From a virus (taxonomy: Duplodnaviria; Heunggongvirae; Uroviricota; Caudoviricetes), in IMG/VR virus record IMGVR_UViG_3300011226_000028: a stretch of 9,262 bases of DNA, one strand, 5' to 3'. Positions 7,809-9,262 of the stretch are shown piece by piece. The position numbers were made by a program, and so were the translations under genes. Each line of letters begins with the position of its first letter. Position 1 is the stretch's first letter. The notes beneath the pieces are model-generated. The model did not search any database and had not been told where the DNA came from. It saw only the letters and a list, made by a program, of their open reading frames with translations.

Positions 7809-8984
7809 TTATTTTATTTTTGGATAAAGTAAGTCACTATACCACTGCATCATATGTAATCTTTTCTCTAAATATTGAGCATGATTATAAGTACCTCTTA
7901 TACTGTTTTTATCAACATGTGCTAATTGCATCTCAATCCATGCACTATCAAATCCATGTTCATGTAAGATTGTCGATAATGAATGTCTAAAACCGTGACC
8001 TGTAGCACGTCCTTTGTAACCAAGTAACTCAATTACTTGAGATACGCTTTCTTTTGAAATTGGTTTGCTACGATTGTTCCTTCCAATAAATATGTAGGGG
8101 TAATGGCCGGTAATAGGCTTGAGTTGTTCGAAAAGGGCAATTACCTGAGTAGATAAAGGAACAATGTGTGGCCTACGCATTTTCATCCTTTCTGCAGGTA
8201 TTTCCCATATGCCTTTCTCAAGATCAACCTCATTCCAAGTAGCCAAACGCATTTCCTGCGTTCTAACGCCGGTCAGCATAACTATCTTAGTAGCATTTTT
8301 AGTAATGATACTTCCGGTATACGCTTCCAAATCCTGAATGAAATGAGGTAGCTCTTCAGCGGATAAAAAAGGATGATGTTTTTGCTTAGGAACAGCCAGA
8401 GCGATGGCTAAATCAGGCGCAGGATTGTATTCAGCACGGCCAGTTATGATCGCATAGCGGTAGACTTCACCACATCTTTGCCGCACTTTTCTGGTCTTCT
8501 CTAATGCCCCACGCTTTTCTATTCTTCGCAATACTTCGAGCAGTTCTAATGGTTTAATTTCACTGATAGGGCGTTTACCAATGAAAGGGAATACATCTTG
8601 CTCAAAAGTCTTCATAATTTCTTCTCGATAGGCCACCGTCCAGCGGTCAGCTTTGTTGGTATGCCATTCTCGACATATTGCTTCGAAAGAATTTTCTGTT
8701 GATAGCTTTTGAGCGAGTCTTAAAGCTTTGCGTTCCTCTACTGGGTCAATGCCATTAGCAACCTGCTTACGGGCGATGTCACGCTTCTCACGTGCTTCTG
8801 CGAGGCTTACTAAATCATAGCTGCCAAATGACATTAACCGCGCTTTCCCAGCAAATCTGAAACGGAAACGCCAGCCTTTCGTGCCATCTGGATTGATAAG
8901 CAACGACAGACCTTGTCCATCGTTCAATGTGTATGGCTTGTCTTGTGGTTTTGCACGTTTGATCTGTGTATCGGTTAGAGCCAT
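7809..8984 (-). CDS. int: P4-type tyrosine integrase (phage integrase family), 391 aa
   Basis: N-terminus MALTDTQIKRAKPQDKPYTLNDGQGLSLLINPDG... typical of P4-like integrases; C-terminal catalytic region GHGFRHSLSTILHE...GTYNHAQY (R, H-x-x-R, Y); adjacent to the 3' end of a tRNA gene. Confidence 0.9.
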   Translation of the reverse strand: MALTDTQIKRAKPQDKPYTLNDGQGLSLLINPDGTKGWRFRFRFAGKARLMSFGSYDLVSLAEAREKRDIARKQVANGIDPVEERKALRLAQKLSTENSFEAICREWHTNKADRWTVAYREEIMKTFEQDVFPFIGKRPISEIKPLELLEVLRRIEKRGALEKTRKVRQRCGEVYRYAIITGRAEYNPAPDLAIALAVPKQKHHPFLSAEELPHFIQDLEAYTGSIITKNATKIVMLTGVRTQEMRLATWNEVDLEKGIWEIPAERMKMRRPHIVPLSTQVIALFEQLKPITGHYPYIFIGRNNRSKPISKESVSQVIELLGYKGRATGHGFRHSLSTILHEHGFDSAWIEMQLAHVDKNSIRGTYNHAQYLEKRLHMMQWYSDLLYPKIK

Positions 8985-9036
8985 GTGTATAACTGAAAAC
9001 TATGTATAAAAAATCTATACACATTACTATACATAT
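8983..9036. promoter_or_regulatory. Cluster of TATACAYAT 9-mers in both orientations over the int start and upstream region; candidate Int/Vis or repressor binding sites and int promoter
   Basis: ATGTGTATA (8983-8991), TATGTATA (9001-9008), TATACACAT (9016-9024) and TATACATAT (9028-9036); AT-rich. Confidence 0.4.
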
Positions 9037-9146
9037 TTTTCGCGGATTCAGGGAGATGATCTCGGACTATTACGGACAAGCTGATTATTCATCGCATTGA
9101 ATATAAATGATTTTATGGAGTGTCTCGGAACTGGCTGGATGAGGTT

Positions 9147-9241
9147 TGGCGGAAGATCACAGGAGTCGAACCTGCCCGGGACCGCTGGCGGCCCCAACTG
9201 GATTTGAAGTCCAGCCGCCTCACCGGAGACGACGATCTTCC
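9147..9241 (-). tRNA. selC: tRNA-Sec (selenocysteine tRNA, selC), 95 nt, serving as the integration site
   Basis: Reverse complement reads GGAAGATCGTCGTCTCCGGTGAGGCGGCTGGACTTCAAATCCAGTTGGGGCCGCCAGCGGTCCCGGGCAGGTTCGACTCCTGTGATCTTCCGCCA, matching the E. coli selC tRNA as I recall it, including the long variable arm and 3' CCA; the integrase gene lies beyond its 3' end. Confidence 0.9.
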
Positions 9242-9262
9242 GCGCCTCGATTGCTACATGGA

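Noticed and set aside
7772-9024. ORFs 7772..7990 (+), 8166..8351 (+) and 8815..9024 (-)
   Set aside because: Antisense or alternative frame to the integrase gene or its promoter; AT-rich shadow ORFs.

Overview
This window looks like the right-hand end of a P4-like satellite prophage integrated at the selenocysteine tRNA gene selC. No searches were run; calls rest on reading the sequence and on recalled P4/P2 biology. From right to left: selC tRNA (minus strand), a P4-type tyrosine integrase, a markedly AT-rich cargo segment carrying one large KAP-family P-loop NTPase gene (interrupted by a 30-nt N run), a P2/P4-type cos site, and the late operon sid-delta-psu with psu split by a complete IS3. 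Further left are a crr-like cluster of TGTTCACC iterons, an 88-aa AlpA/Vis-like regulator and a chain of small, translationally coupled leftward genes. The candidate novelty is the KAP NTPase: it occupies the cos-int position where P4-like elements carry variable anti-phage cargo, so it is a plausible single-gene defence candidate. That is inference from position and motifs, not demonstrated function.
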